NCBI RefSeq assembly: GCF_036321535.1
Contig: NC_087447.1
Location: 40,798,001-40,862,000, forward strand
Source: Camelus dromedarius
Lineage: Eukaryota
DNA length: 64,000 nucleotides
Reading direction: 5' to 3'
Made by a program: the position numbers and the translations under genes. A model generated the notes under the pieces. That model made no database searches, was not told the origin of the DNA, and worked only from the letters and a program-made list of their open reading frames with translations. This document shows positions 13,015-24,419 of the stretch, piece by piece (position 1 is the first letter of the stretch; each line of letters starts with the position of its first letter).

Positions 13015-13250
13015 TTTCTTAGTGGTTAAGACCTCAGGCGACAGTCCCCTCCTGGGATTGAATCTCAGCTCCTTTCCTTCCTTCTAAGTGAACTGGGGCA
13101 AGTTTCTTACCCTCTCTGTGCTTCACTTTCATTATCTGTAGAAAGGAGACAGTAACAGTTCCCACCTTGTAGAGATGAGCTGGTGTGTGAAAAATGCTTA
13201 CAGCAGAGCCTGACTCGTGGTGGGCACTCAGCAAGGGCTAGCTGCGATAG
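13015..13250 (+). mobile_element. MIR SINE
   Basis: AGTGGTTAAGA…GGGCAAGTTTCTTACCCTCTCTGTGCTTCACTTTCATTATCTGTAGAAAGG. Confidence 0.75.
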
Positions 13251-14059
13251 TTGTCCCGGGAGTCACACAGATCTCCAGTTTGGAGTGTGTCCCAAGGATA
13301 TGCGTGTTCACCTGCCACCTGTGAGTCCCAGCTCCGTTTGCACATCTTTTGGCATCTCTCTAAGGTCCCTGGCATCGATGTGCTTGCTCTGCTCTCAGAA
13401 TCATCGGCCCTCTGATTTGCAGGGAGCTACCACAGCCCCCTTCCGTCCATGACACCCTTTGTGTACCTCCAGTGATGGGGGCTTCCTTTCCCTGGAGCAT
13501 CCATCCCTTCCATGATAGGAGGGTCCTGGGTGTTGGAAGGGTCCCCCTATTATTCCCAAGCCTCCTCCCCTCTCCCAGACCGGCTCTTCTGAACATCCCT
13601 CAGAAGGAGGTGGTAGGAAGAGCTGTGGTCCATAGCTCTGAGCTCCCCAACAGGAACCTTTGCCTATCTCCAGCCTGTACCTTTAAATTACCTGGCATAG
13701 GTGTGTCAGGCACCTACTGGCTACACACAGACAGCCAAGGGGACACTGGGAAGTGTCCCAAGCCTGTCTCTCCTGTTCCTAACCCACTTCTGCTTCCTCC
13801 TGGTCTCTGTCTCATTCCAGGCTCCTGGTTCCATGTCTTACTTATGTCACATTTATGAGTGTGGAAGGCACCGTCCAATGGGTTTAGAATCTCTCTCTAG
13901 TTTCTCTGATTTCTGACCTTGAGTGATTACCTGACGACCTGTACCTGGGAATGAATTCTATAGTCCTGACCCATCAGTCTATGTCCTGGCAAGATCTACC
14001 TGTTCCCCCATAAAAGATGGATTTAAATGATCCTCCAGGCTCCCCTTGCTATAGCAACC

Positions 14060-14315
14060 CTGATTACCATGTAGTGTGTGCTTACTCTGAGACATATGCT
14101 GGGCTCAGTGCTTTATACATGCTATTGGATATAATCCTCGCAGATCTTGGGGGTGCTGGGTTCCAGGTATGACTATTCCCGCATTACAGGTGGGGAACTT
14201 GAGGCGTTGAGGAGTTGAGTGTTTGCTTGTGGTCACATAGCCAGTTAATGTTGGAGCAGGAGTTTATTTGAATCTGCATCTGTGTGAATCGAAGCCTCTG
14301 CTCTTATAGGCAATA
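14060..14315 (-). mobile_element. MIR SINE
   Basis: CCCGCATTACAGGTGGGGAACTTGAGGC…GGTCACATAGCCAGTTAAT…ATTTGAATC. Confidence 0.7.
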
Positions 14316-14862
14316 ATGCCCCTTCCATTTCCTTGGAAAGTTCCAGGAAAACCGAGAGACCTGGCATTAGGACTGCCCCCTACAAAGTCTACCAGGGGTC
14401 CAGTGAACAGTGGCCAGAGTGTGTGGGGGCCTGTGAGTGGTTTGGCCATGCCCTGTGCCAGTGATTCCCTATCCTGGGGATAGAGTCTGAAGCAACTGGC
14501 AGAAGTCTGGCTGGCAGTCCTTGTAGCCAGGTGAATGCCATGTCGTGGGACCAGGCAACTCACCGCAGGGCCAGAGAGTGGAGAGGGAGGTGGGCTGGCA
14601 AGAATTGGGCAGAGCAGCAGATCTCCAGCTCGGGAACCTGGGTGTGGGGCAGGCTTGGGACTGGCAGGGAATAGGGGTGCAATCTGGGGAAAGAGAGGCA
14701 GAAGACCTACTCCAGGGCTGTGGCCAGCATTGCTGGAAGAAAGGCAGGCTGGGGAAGGAAGGGGTTCTGATTTAAAGTCATGGGTCATCAGGGTCACATC
14801 CATCAGCTTCCCAGCAGACCATGTTGGGGTATTTCCCTATCCTTTATGCTAGTGTTTGTTGG

Positions 14863-14888
14863 GTGGATGGATGGATGGATGGATGGAT
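14863..14888. repeat. (GGAT)n tetranucleotide microsatellite
   Basis: About six GGAT units, roughly 170 nt upstream of the exon at 15055. Confidence 0.85.
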
Positions 14889-15054
14889 TACTGAGTTTGG
14901 GGAAGCGTAAAGATTCCAGTTTCCCTTCCACCACCTGCAAAGCTGAGGCTGAGATTGTTTTACTCAAGGCAGTGGTGAGGAAGAGAAAGGGGTTGACATG
15001 GCATATGCAAGGGTGCACTCTGACCCACTGTGTCCTTATCCATTCTTTCTCCAG

Positions 15055-15247
15055 AAACTCCCGCCAAACCTGAGGAGGCAGAGGCTGAGCCCTTCACAGA
15101 TTCCTCCCTGTTTGCACACTGGGGCCAGGAGCTCAGCCCCGAAGGCCGGCGTGTGGCCCTGAAGCAGTTCCAGTACTACGGCTACAACGCCTACCTCAGT
15201 GACCGCCTGCCCCTTGACCGGCCCCTACCTGACCTCAGACCCAGTGG
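15055..15247 (+). CDS. GALNT18: Polypeptide N-acetylgalactosaminyltransferase 18, internal coding exon (probably exon 2; 193 nt, phase 1 to phase 2)
   Basis: Translates to (E)TPAKPEEAEAEPFTDSSLFAHWGQELSPEGRRVALKQFQYYGYNAYLSDRLPLDRPLPDLRPS(G), which I recognise as the GALNT18 stem region. Acceptor: pyrimidine tract TCCTTATCCATTCTTTCTCCAG ending at 15054, with a possible branch point CTGAC at 15020-15024. Donor: GG|GTGAGC at 15248. Confidence 0.95.
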
Positions 15248-16843
15248 GTGAGCAGAGTCAGTGGCCGGGCCCTTGTTGAGCTGCCCCTGGGGAGGTGGGG
15301 CCACCACAGTGCTGGGGACAGAGCCAGGACTGGGTGCCTAGACTCCTGGGTGCTCCTCCTGCTTCATCCGGGGTCTGCCCCCTCGGCCTGTGCTGGGCGG
15401 GTCCCTCTCCCCTGCCGCCTCCCTCAGCCTCAGTTTCTCCATCTGCTGAGCAGGGGAAAGCTTTCTTCCATTAGAAATTTTAGAGATTAATAACCTAATT
15501 TAATCCTTAAGGGCATTAGAATCATCTGGCATTCCTGTTAATAAGTCATTTTAACACAATTAGTTGCATTTTTATGAACAATTATTTTTTTCCTGTAAAT
15601 TAGTTTTTTAAAGCACATCCATCTTCTGAGGCTAACAAGTCATTACACCCAACAAAGAAGTCTGTCTTGACTTCTCTCTTTGTTACAGAAGATGTTCCTT
15701 TAAGGTTTGGTAAGAATTTTTATTACTCCTAATTATTAAAAATGTGAGCACGTACCACAGCTGAGAAAATCTCATTAACTTTTGTGAGCTCCCCTCCACA
15801 CACACACCTTCTTTTTCTGCCTTTCTCCTTATTTTAAAAATTTTCTTAAAGCTGCAAATACAGTAAGCTTTTATCTGGAGTTTTCAGGAAAGATCTTGCT
15901 GCTGGGTTTGGAGGCTCTGTTCTTTATGGAGGAGAGCTCAGTACAGTTTCATAGACATTTATTGAGTACCTGCTGTATGCTGTGTCATTAGGTCTGGTTT
16001 TTTCTGGCCCAGGGAAACCTGGAGTCCCCCAGCCTTTGCTGAGAGGCCCCACCACACACCAGTCCTGCCTGCTTCTGCGGGAGAGAAACGGAGAGTGGCA
16101 GGGTGCACGGACTGAGTCCCCGGGGCCTTTCTCAGAAGGGCAGGCTCCCCAGTAAACAAGCTCTGGAGGAAGTACGTTTTCAGAGGCAGCCCAGCCGGGA
16201 CTTCCCAAGTTTACTAAGAAACGGTCTCTGAAGAACTCCAGGTGGGCAGAATTTTGCGGTTTCCTGCCGAGCCCCTGGAGAGGAGCAGTCATTATCATGC
16301 AAAGACCTTGCGTCTGCACAGAGCTTTACAGCTTATAGAGCGCCCACTCCTCACCTGTGGGGCAAGGTGGCTCCCATCAACCCCTCTTTATAGCCCAAAA
16401 AGCAGAATCTCTGATAAAGGCGGAGCTGAGCCTTCTGCCTCTCCACTGGGGCTCCTGCAATGGCTTTACCAATGGTGATTTCTCTTTGCACGTGAACTTG
16501 GAAGGCCCTGTCCAGCTGTACTTCAGCTCCAGTGCCAGACACACACCCAAGATTGGAGAGCTGTTGATGGACCACTCAAAACAAGCATGTGTTTGGGTAA
16601 AACAGTGCATCTCTTGGTCTGTTCATTTCCATGAAAACATTTCTGCCTTGTAACAAGGTCATTGCTTGCTTATCCCGTTTAACTCATTTTGGAAACATCT
16701 TTTTTAATATCTTTACTGTCATCCTATTTCAAATTACACCAGAACACATTAATATAGCATAAACCTTGTTTTCAGAGAAACATTTGATACTTTATTTATA
16801 TTAAGTCTTTGACATCTCACAGTAATCTTCTGGAGTAGGTATT

Positions 16844-17661
16844 TGTCTAGGAAACACACACTGTCTTCTGTTACTTTCCTACCCAGGGTGCTCCTGATAC
16901 CAGATGTTTGGGTTTTTTTCCACACTAACCAATTCTGTGACACCAGCTGTGTGTCCATACAATTCAATTCCATTTGGATACTATCTACCTGGAGTTAGTG
17001 TCAGGTCCCGTAAGTTAAGGACTCAGTCCTACAAGGCTGGCCCCACTTCAGATGCCAGTCACATGTCCCAGCTAGTCACCTGTATTTCTCATTGACTGGC
17101 TACTGATTGGGGTTCAGCCCCTCCTTGGGTTCAATAATTTGCTAGAATAACCCATAGAATTAGGGAAAATTTTACCAATTTATTATAAAGGATGAAGGAT
17201 GAAGCAAATCATTAAGGATTATGCTAAGGGATACAGAAGAACTGGCAAATGAAAAGAGACATGGGGTGAGTCTGGAAGGGTCCCAAGCTCAGGAGCTTCT
17301 GTGCCTGTGGAGTTGGGGTGCCTCACCCTCCCAGTATGTGGGAGGCTCTCTGAACTCCGCATTTCAGGGATTTTGATGGAGTCATCATCATGTAGGCATC
17401 ATCGATTGTTAATTCATTTTCCAGCCTCTCCCCTCTCTCTGGAGGAGGGGGCTGGAAGTTCCAAACTTCTAATCATAGCTTAGTCTTTCTGGTGACCAGC
17501 CCTCATTCAGGAGCCATCCAAGAATCACCTCATTAGCTCAAAAGATACTTCTATCACACAAGAAATGACAAGGGAGCTCTGGCTCAAGAAGTGGATCAAA
17601 GACTAAATATTATCAGGAACTGGGAGCACAGACCAACAGATGTATTTCTTACTATTTCACA
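16844..17661 (-). mobile_element. Solo LTR, MER21 family (ERVL), inserted into a MIR
   Basis: TG…CA termini and a 5-bp TSD GTATT (16839-16843 and 17662-17666). Internal sequence GACACCAGCT…ACAATTCAATTC…TATCTACCTGGAGTTAGTGTCAG…CCCCACTTCAGATGCCAGTC matches MER21-type LTRs. Confidence 0.85.
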
Positions 17662-17795
17662 GTATTGTTATTGGTCTCCATTTTACAGAAGGGGAAACTG
17701 AGGCACAGAGACATTATATAATCTGCCCAAGTGATAGAGCTTGGGATTTGAACCCACACAGTCTGGCAATAACCACCACTGTGTGTTACTGCCTT
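17662..17795 (-). mobile_element. MIR (right part; the left part is at about 16780-16843)
   Basis: CCATTTTACAGAAGGGGAAACTGAGGCACAGAG…GGGATTTGAACCC. It joins CTCACAGTAATCTTCTGGAGTAGGTATT on the other side of the LTR. Confidence 0.8.
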
Positions 17796-19299
17796 GAGGT
17801 GTCCTTTGTGTCACTCTACTGGGAATGGGGACCTGCTCTAACAGTGTATAGTATGGAGTTGATCAGCTTGTCTGGGTCAGGAGGGTCTCTCTGCAAGTGT
17901 TAGGCAAAATTGATTTAGGGAAACTCAAACCCATTATCAAGGCATAAAGTGATGCCTCAGCTACGCTAATGTTGGGATTTGGAGCGAGGAAGGTGGGGGT
18001 GGAGGGAGCATCTGGAGAGGAAGCCTTATGCTAAGGACAGTCTCTAGAAGAATCAGAAGAATCACACCAGGTGGACTTTGCTTCTGTCCCAGCCCCTGTG
18101 CCTTTCTGCCGGTTACCTCCTATTTGCCCCTGGGGACCTCTGGCCCTGGAGGCATCCTTGGATTCTGCCCTTTGCTCTTTATGTTCTTGACTTTGCTCTT
18201 CCAAGTTCTAACCCTGGCGTTATGCATGTTGGCTTCATTCCTGGACCAAAAAGTGGGTGTCTCAAATCCTGCCTCACCCTGCCTTCCATCATCTCTGGCT
18301 GGACCCTTATTTTGTCTCCTTTCTGTGGGGAATCTGACCCACCTTGTCCTCTATCTGAGAAAGGACCAAATTGTGATCAGTGTCTTATACACAGGATCAG
18401 AGGTAACCAGAAGGAAGAAAGTCCATCAAGCTAGTTGCTGGGTTTCATTAGTTTATTCATTCAAGAAGCGTTTATTGAGCACCAAGTGTGTGCCAGGCAC
18501 CCAGTTAAGCAAGGAGCTCCCACAGTAGTAGGATACAGAATGGAAGGTGGTGGGAAAGTAAAACAAGTGATCGGAAAACTTGCAGGCCATCTCCTGACTC
18601 CTTGGGGAGGAGTCATCCTTGCAGGTTTCTAGTAAGTCAGGGGCTGTACTTGTCCATGGAAGCCCTGTCCTCCTGGGGCCTCTGCTCAGGAAGGCTGGAC
18701 CTGGGGAATGGTGTCTGTAAGGAGCCCCCCTTTACCAATTTTGACCACCCTCCCCTGAGAAAGGAAGGACACAGGAATCAGAAATGTGTCATTAGCCTCA
18801 CCTGGGCTCTTCAGTTCATGCAGAGAGAGGACAAATTTCCTCTGGGTGCCAGGATACTTGGCTTTCGGGGAAATCAAAGTTCATTCATTCTCCCTGCATT
18901 GTTATAACAAGAGCAGAGCAGGGCTTTGGCTATCTGGGTGGGACCACCCAGAGGAGACAGGAAAGTAGTGGCTTCCTCTGGTGGGCCTCCTGGACCTCAC
19001 CGCGTGGTTGCCTTTGCCTGATCTGGGCAGAGGTTTGCCCTCTTCCTTCTTGGGTTGGAAGACACCCAAGCCTGAGGATTGAAGGGAAGAAAAACTGTGT
19101 CTCAGCCTGGCTGAACTTTGCTCCATACCTCGTGTCCCCAGATGCAAGCTGCAGACATCCCCGTGGTTTTCTCTACGTCCCTCCTCTGGCCTCCCAGTGT
19201 CCCCTCTCCTTCTTGTCTGTAGGATCCAAATGTAACCTCCCAGAGGCAAAAAGAGAAAAAGAGAAAAACAAGTCTTGATTGGGATGTGATTGATTTTAT

Positions 19300-19410
19300 A
19301 TGTTTATATGTTATATGATTTTATGTTTTGTCAAAGCCCCATCAAACTATACACTTAAGATCTTGTGCATTTTACTGCATGTAAGTTAAACATCTATTTA
19401 AAAAAAAAAT
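19300..19410 (+). mobile_element. Old L1M 3' end fragment
   Basis: TTTGTCAAAGCCCCATCAAACTATACACTTAAGATCTTGTGCATTTTACTGCATGTAAGTTA…A-tract. Confidence 0.7.
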
Positions 19411-20332
19411 AGGGTATGGAAAGAGAACAGGGAAGACTTCTGCCTGCAGAATGAAGAGGGAGAATGGAGGTAGCATCATTTGGGGGGGGGGTCATTGAGA
19501 AGATGGATTGTGATTGTGCGGAAGGAGCATCATGGGGGGGCGGTTAAAGCAAGCTCGCCAGCTCAGGCAGGAAGGTAAGGGTGGGCCTCCCACCCCAGCG
19601 ATGGTGGTGGGGTCAGTAGCACATGCGTATGTACTCACCAGTTCCACAGCAGCAGGTGCCTGCCTCAGTGTTTTCTGCAGGCAGGGGCCAGGGGAAAGTG
19701 TAAGGGACGAGCACCTGATCTAGTGGGTATGAGTAGGAAAAGGGGGAGCTCCGGGTCCTGGCTGTAGGGCTATCCTGTTGCCATGGTAACTCTATGGCCT
19801 ACCTCCAAGGTAGCTCAGGGCAGAGCCTCTGGCAGGTGCTGCTTCCTGCCTTTTGCTGGCAGATCCTCAGAGGTTCCTGAGCTGTCAGTAATGATGCCTT
19901 TCTCTCCAGCATCCCCTGAGGTCCACATCCCTCCAGGGGTTAGGGTGGCCTGGCTCTTGGGTTGCCTGGTGGGTTAGGGTGTGGGGCTGAGGCACAGGGG
20001 GCTGGTAAAGGGGATTAAGCTATTTTCTGTAGCCCCAGGTGGGAGCATCTGGGACAGATCCACACACACACCCCCAAAGGAGCCCTGGGTCCTGAGCTGG
20101 AGAGATCCTGTGTGAACATCCACTTGGAAAGAAGCGGGATGGGATTATAGCAGAGAAAAAGTGCAGCCTGGAGCCAGGGCTCTGGGTCCACCCCGGGAGC
20201 AGGTTAGGGCCCATCCAGGGTGGCTGCCACCACTGTGAGTACGGTCACAGGTTTGTGTGTATGGATTGGAGGGCCGTCGGGTCTTCATGGCGCAGCCTCT
20301 AGACATCTGAGGTTTCTGAACTTCAGGGTCAA

Positions 20333-21012
20333 CAGGGCTGGCTTCATGAGTGTGTATGGTAGGCAGAATAATGTCCTTCTGAGGGTATCCACGTCCTAAT
20401 CCCTGGAACCTGTGAATATGGTATGTTACATGGCAAAGGAGAATTAGGTTGCAGATGGATTTAAGTCTGATAATCAGCTGAGTTTAAACAAGGAGATTAT
20501 CCTGAGTTATCTGGGTGGGACAAGGTAATCACAGGGCACTTAGAAGAGAGAGCCAGAGAGGTGGCAACGTGAGAAGGGCCCAACCAGCCAATGCTGGCTT
20601 TGAAGGTGGAAAAGAACCATGAAAGTGGGCAGCCTTTAGACACTGAAAAAGGAAAGAACGATAGCTCATTCTTTTCTGTCAGCTAGAACCTCCAGAAAAG
20701 AATGCAGTTCTGCCGACCCTTTGATTTTAGCTCAATGAGACCTTCGTCAGACTTCTGGCTTCCAGAACTGTAGGATAACAAGTTTGTGTTGTTTGAAGCC
20801 ACCAAGTTAGTAGGAATTTCTTACAATAGTAATATTAGTATCAGGACCCAGTACAGAGTCCCCTGTTCCATAGGAACCCAAGAAGGCAGAAAGTTGCTCT
20901 GTGCTTGGTTTCATGCTCCGCTGGTGCTGTGTTCAAATTCTTACTAATTTTTGAACAGGGCCACCATATTTTCCTTTTGCACTGGGCCCTGTAACTTGTG
21001 TATCTGGTCCTG
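20333..21012 (+). mobile_element. MER91A-like hAT-Tip100 element, split by an MLT1D LTR (parts 20333-20354 and about 20844-21012)
   Basis: Left end CAGGGCTGGCTTCATGAGTGTG. Right part GCTTGGTTTCATGCTC…AAATTCTTACTAATTTTTGAACAGGG…TTTTGCACTGGGCCCTG…GGTCCTG. Confidence 0.75.
20355..20843 (+). mobile_element. MLT1D-like MaLR solo LTR
   Basis: GGTAGGCAGAATAATG…TCCACGTCCTAATCCCTGGAACCTGTGAATATG…GGAGATTATCCTG…CCAGAACTGTAGGATAACAAGTTTGTGTTGTTTGAAGCCAC. Confidence 0.85.
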
Positions 21013-21114
21013 GGGGAGAAGAAGGGCAGCTTCGGTTGAGGACCTGGCACCATGATTGCTGGACCACGTGGGAGCTGCTACCTGGGGCTGAGGATTTATA
21101 CCAGGAGCCTCTGC

Positions 21115-21335
21115 TTGCTGGCTTACTGTGTGCCCAGTGCTGTGCAAACCACTTCATGTCTATTTTCTCCTTTAACTTGATCCTCAAGTCTCTCTGGGGT
21201 ACTTATTATTATCTCCATTTTATATAGGGGAATATTGAATATTTGTAAGGTTAAGAAACTTGTTCAAGTTCCTGCAGGGGGCATGTAGCAGAGCCAGGGT
21301 TTTCTCCTGGCTCTGTGTCTCTAGGGCACTACTCA
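21115..21335 (-). mobile_element. MIR SINE
   Basis: CTTACTGTGTGCCCAGTGCTGTGC…TATTATTATCTCCATTTTATATAGGGG…GGTTAAGAAACTTG…GCAGAGCCAGGG. Confidence 0.7.
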
Positions 21336-21606
21336 GCACCCTTGCCTCACCTTGTCCAGGGGAGCTTTTCTGATCTGGGATCTCAGCTCCATGGAGATGA
21401 CCTCAAGCTCTTTGAAAGTTGGGACTTCCATGAGGACAACCTCCAGACAAAGGGGTAAAATCAATGGCCTGCGTAATGCTTCTGCTTTTGCATCAAAATG
21501 CTAACTACACAAACACAGGGCGAAATACTTTTTAACTAGAGCAATCTTGGAAAATACTTTGGTTCCTGGTTACTTAAACACATTATGGGCCAATAGCAAT
21601 GTTCTT

Positions 21607-22189
21607 TTTTTTTTTTTACATTTTTTATTGATTTATAATCATTTTACAATGTTGTGTCAAATTCCAGTGTAGAGCACAATTTTTCAGTTATACATGAACA
21701 TACATATATTCATTGTCACATTTTTTTCTCTGTGAGCTACCATAAAATCTTGTGTATATTTCCCTGTGCTATACAGTATAATCTTGTTTATCTATTCTAC
21801 AATTTTGAAATCCCAGTCTATCTCTTCCCACCCCGTGCCCCCTTGGCAACCACAAGTTTATATTCTATGTCTGTGAATCTATTTCCATTTTGTATTTATG
21901 CTTTTTTTTTTTTTTTAGATTCCACATATGAGCGATCTCGTATGGTATTTTTCTTTCTCTTTCTGGCTTACTTCACTTAGAATGACATTCTCCAGGAGCA
22001 TCCATGTTGCTGCAAATGGCGTTATGTTGTCGGTTTTTATGGCTGAGTAGTATTCCATTGTATAAATATACCACATCTTCTTTATCCAGTCATTTGTTGA
22101 TGGACATTTAGGCTGTTTCCATGTCTTGGCTATTGTAAATAGTGCTGCAGGTGTCATCCTGAAGTAGGGTTCCTTCTGGATATATCCAG
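21607..22189 (-). mobile_element. Young 5'-truncated LINE-1 (camelid type): ORF2 C-terminus, 3' UTR and poly(A)
   Basis: The minus strand encodes AALFTIAKTWKQPKCPSTNDWIKKMWYIYTMEYYSAIK…ILSEVSQKEKEKYH, the L1 ORF2p C-terminus. Poly(T) from 21605. Perfect 13-bp TSD TAGCAATGTTCTT (21594-21606 and 22190-22202) at a TTCTT/AA endonuclease site. Confidence 0.95.
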
Positions 22190-22399
22190 TAGCAATGTTC
22201 TTAAAGTTAATGTAATCATGAGCTGTATTAATATCTTTAAATGGAGAGATGAGAGTTCTGTTCTCTGCTGTTCAAATCACAACTGCAGATTTGGGTTTTA
22301 TGGGATGTAGAGAAAGCGTGATATGTTTAGAGGAGGACAGCTCTGAAGAAAAACTGGGTAATGTGACAAACAGATGAAGTCACTGCTGGATTATTTAAA

Positions 22400-22600
22400 A
22401 TCTGATTCCCTGGGTCCCAAGGCTGGGACTCTCATTTATAAGCTGGTTGACCTCCAGCAAGTTACCTCGCCTCTCTGTGCATTGGTTTTCCTATCTGTAA
22501 ATTCGCGATGGTGATACAAAGATTAAATGTGTAATATATTGAGAGCTCTTCAAACTTGCCAGAAACATAGTAACTGCTATTGAACTTGTTGCTACTTTTT
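22400..22600 (+). mobile_element. MIR SINE
   Basis: GCAAGTTACCTCGCCTCTCTGTGCATTGGTTTTCCTATCTGTAA…GATTAAATG…ACATAGTAACTGCT. Confidence 0.7.
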
Positions 22601-23599
22601 ATCTGGGTCTCTAATTTGTAGAAAAGATGGCTTGGAGGGACACGGTCATGACTTTAATGACCAAAAGGACCACGAGGCAGACAAGTTGCCACACAGGACA
22701 GGCTGTCCACCCTGGCACTCGATCAGAGGAGGGCCAGGCAGGCACTGCGGGGCAGATCAGCCAGAGTGATTTCTCCCCAGCCCCAGAGTCTGGGGCATCA
22801 GAAGCCGGAGCCAGGCTCTGCTTTAGGGCAGGGACGCCCCGTCCTCCTTTTTCTGAGCCGTAGGGCCTGCCTTCATCTACCCCGAGCTCCTCAGCAGTCC
22901 TTGCCCCAGGCCTGGCCTGCTCACCAACAAACCCACCACCAGGAGATGCTCCGTCCCTTATGTGACATTTCCACCAGCGCCAGCTGAGTGTTGTTCCCTG
23001 GGTGGCTGTCCATGTCCTTCCAGGGATCCCATTTCCCCTGGATTTTTAATAAGATGTTTTAGGAACAGATGGCCACTCTGCTTCCTATGGGCTGTTTACA
23101 TGTAAATGGTTCGTTTCCCTCTCGTTCTCCTTGCAGTTGACGTTGGGCCGAGCAGCTCTTTTCTCTGAATCAGTAGAGTCCCCAGAAAGGATGTTTGTAG
23201 AACTTTTGCCTCTGATAAAAGCTGGACATTTTGATGATCACGTCAACTTAGAGTTTTACCTGTAGTGATTGGTATGTCCGATTCTGTTCCTGGATCAGGC
23301 TGGCCCGTTTCTCTTACCTTACTGACTGTTAAAACTCCCCGTTCTCAGATGTCCATTGTCTCCTCCCTGGAGCCAGATGTGGCGCCCTGCCGCGTCCTTG
23401 AAGCCCCTGGCCACACTGAGTATCCCCACTGCCTCCACCGCCCCTCTGGCTTACTGGATGATCGGGCTTGTTGCTGCAGTCGGGCGGGCAGTGAATGCTC
23501 AATTCCGTGATTCCTGGCCTGTCAGGCCGCCGTGGAATGCCCACCCACAGAGCTTTCACAGCCTGTGCCCGTTCCACTGTGCACTATTCAGGCATTTAC

Positions 23600-23870
23600 T
23601 CCTGTGTTCACTTAGCCAGCCAGCCAGTGCTTTCTGAGTTTGTACTCTGTGCTGGACACTGTGTGAGGCATGAGGGGTACCTGGTGAGTAAAGCAGAGGT
23701 GGTCTTGACCTCACACAGCTTATAGTCTAGTGGAGACACTGACATCTATTAAATAATCATGTAAAAACACATTGCAGTAGCATATATGTGGCATGAAAGA
23801 CAAGCGAAGAGGGCCGTGAGAGTCTAACGGGGGAACCACTGCCGGTGACTTTCTCCGGCTGGAACTCAGT
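23600..23870 (-). mobile_element. L2 3' fragment
   Basis: CTGAGTTTGTACTCTGTGCTGGACACTGTG…GGTGAGTAAAGCAGA…CCTCACACAGCTTATAGTCTAGTGG. Confidence 0.65.
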
Positions 23871-24419
23871 GCTGTTTCAGAAGGCCCTCAGCTCCCGTCT
23901 TCAGGAGAGTTGAGGGAAAGGAGAGGGCAGCACCGAAAGCCCTGTCCCAGGCCCTGGGCTCAGAGAGGAGGCTGCCTGCTCCCACCGCTGGCTTCTGAAG
24001 GCTCAGGGGTTCAGGGCAGTGACCAGCTGCATTGCTCCAAGGCAGACGGTGTAGCCAGGTGAGGAAATGCAATAATGAGCATAATAGCACAGGGCTTTGC
24101 TCGGCAGTGATTAATTAAAGTGCTGCAGGACAGGGATGGGCCAGCTCTTCCTTAATGAGGAAGGCTGCAAGATAACTGGCGCTGAGCAATTTGGAGAAAT
24201 CACAGTGGGGCCCCAGCCTGCTTAAGAGCAAGAGATTAATAAACTAAAATCACTGTCTCTATGGTGACCAGAAATTTGTGGAAACTTCTCGCATTCTATT
24301 TCCAGCTCTCTTTTTCTCTCACCAAAGAGGAGCGGGGGAAGGGAAAGGCGAGCCTTTCCCCAAACCTGCTTCCTGTTTAGAACTGGAGTAAAGCCATTAG
24401 GGTAACAAATTGATGTAGA

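Noticed and set aside
15030..15251. 73-aa ORF as a complete small gene
   Set aside because: Its 'start' is a non-ATG codon just ahead of the pyrimidine tract. It is the internal exon plus flanking intron.
21915..22157. 80-aa ORF as a host gene
   Set aside because: It is the C-terminus of L1 ORF2p inside a truncated element.
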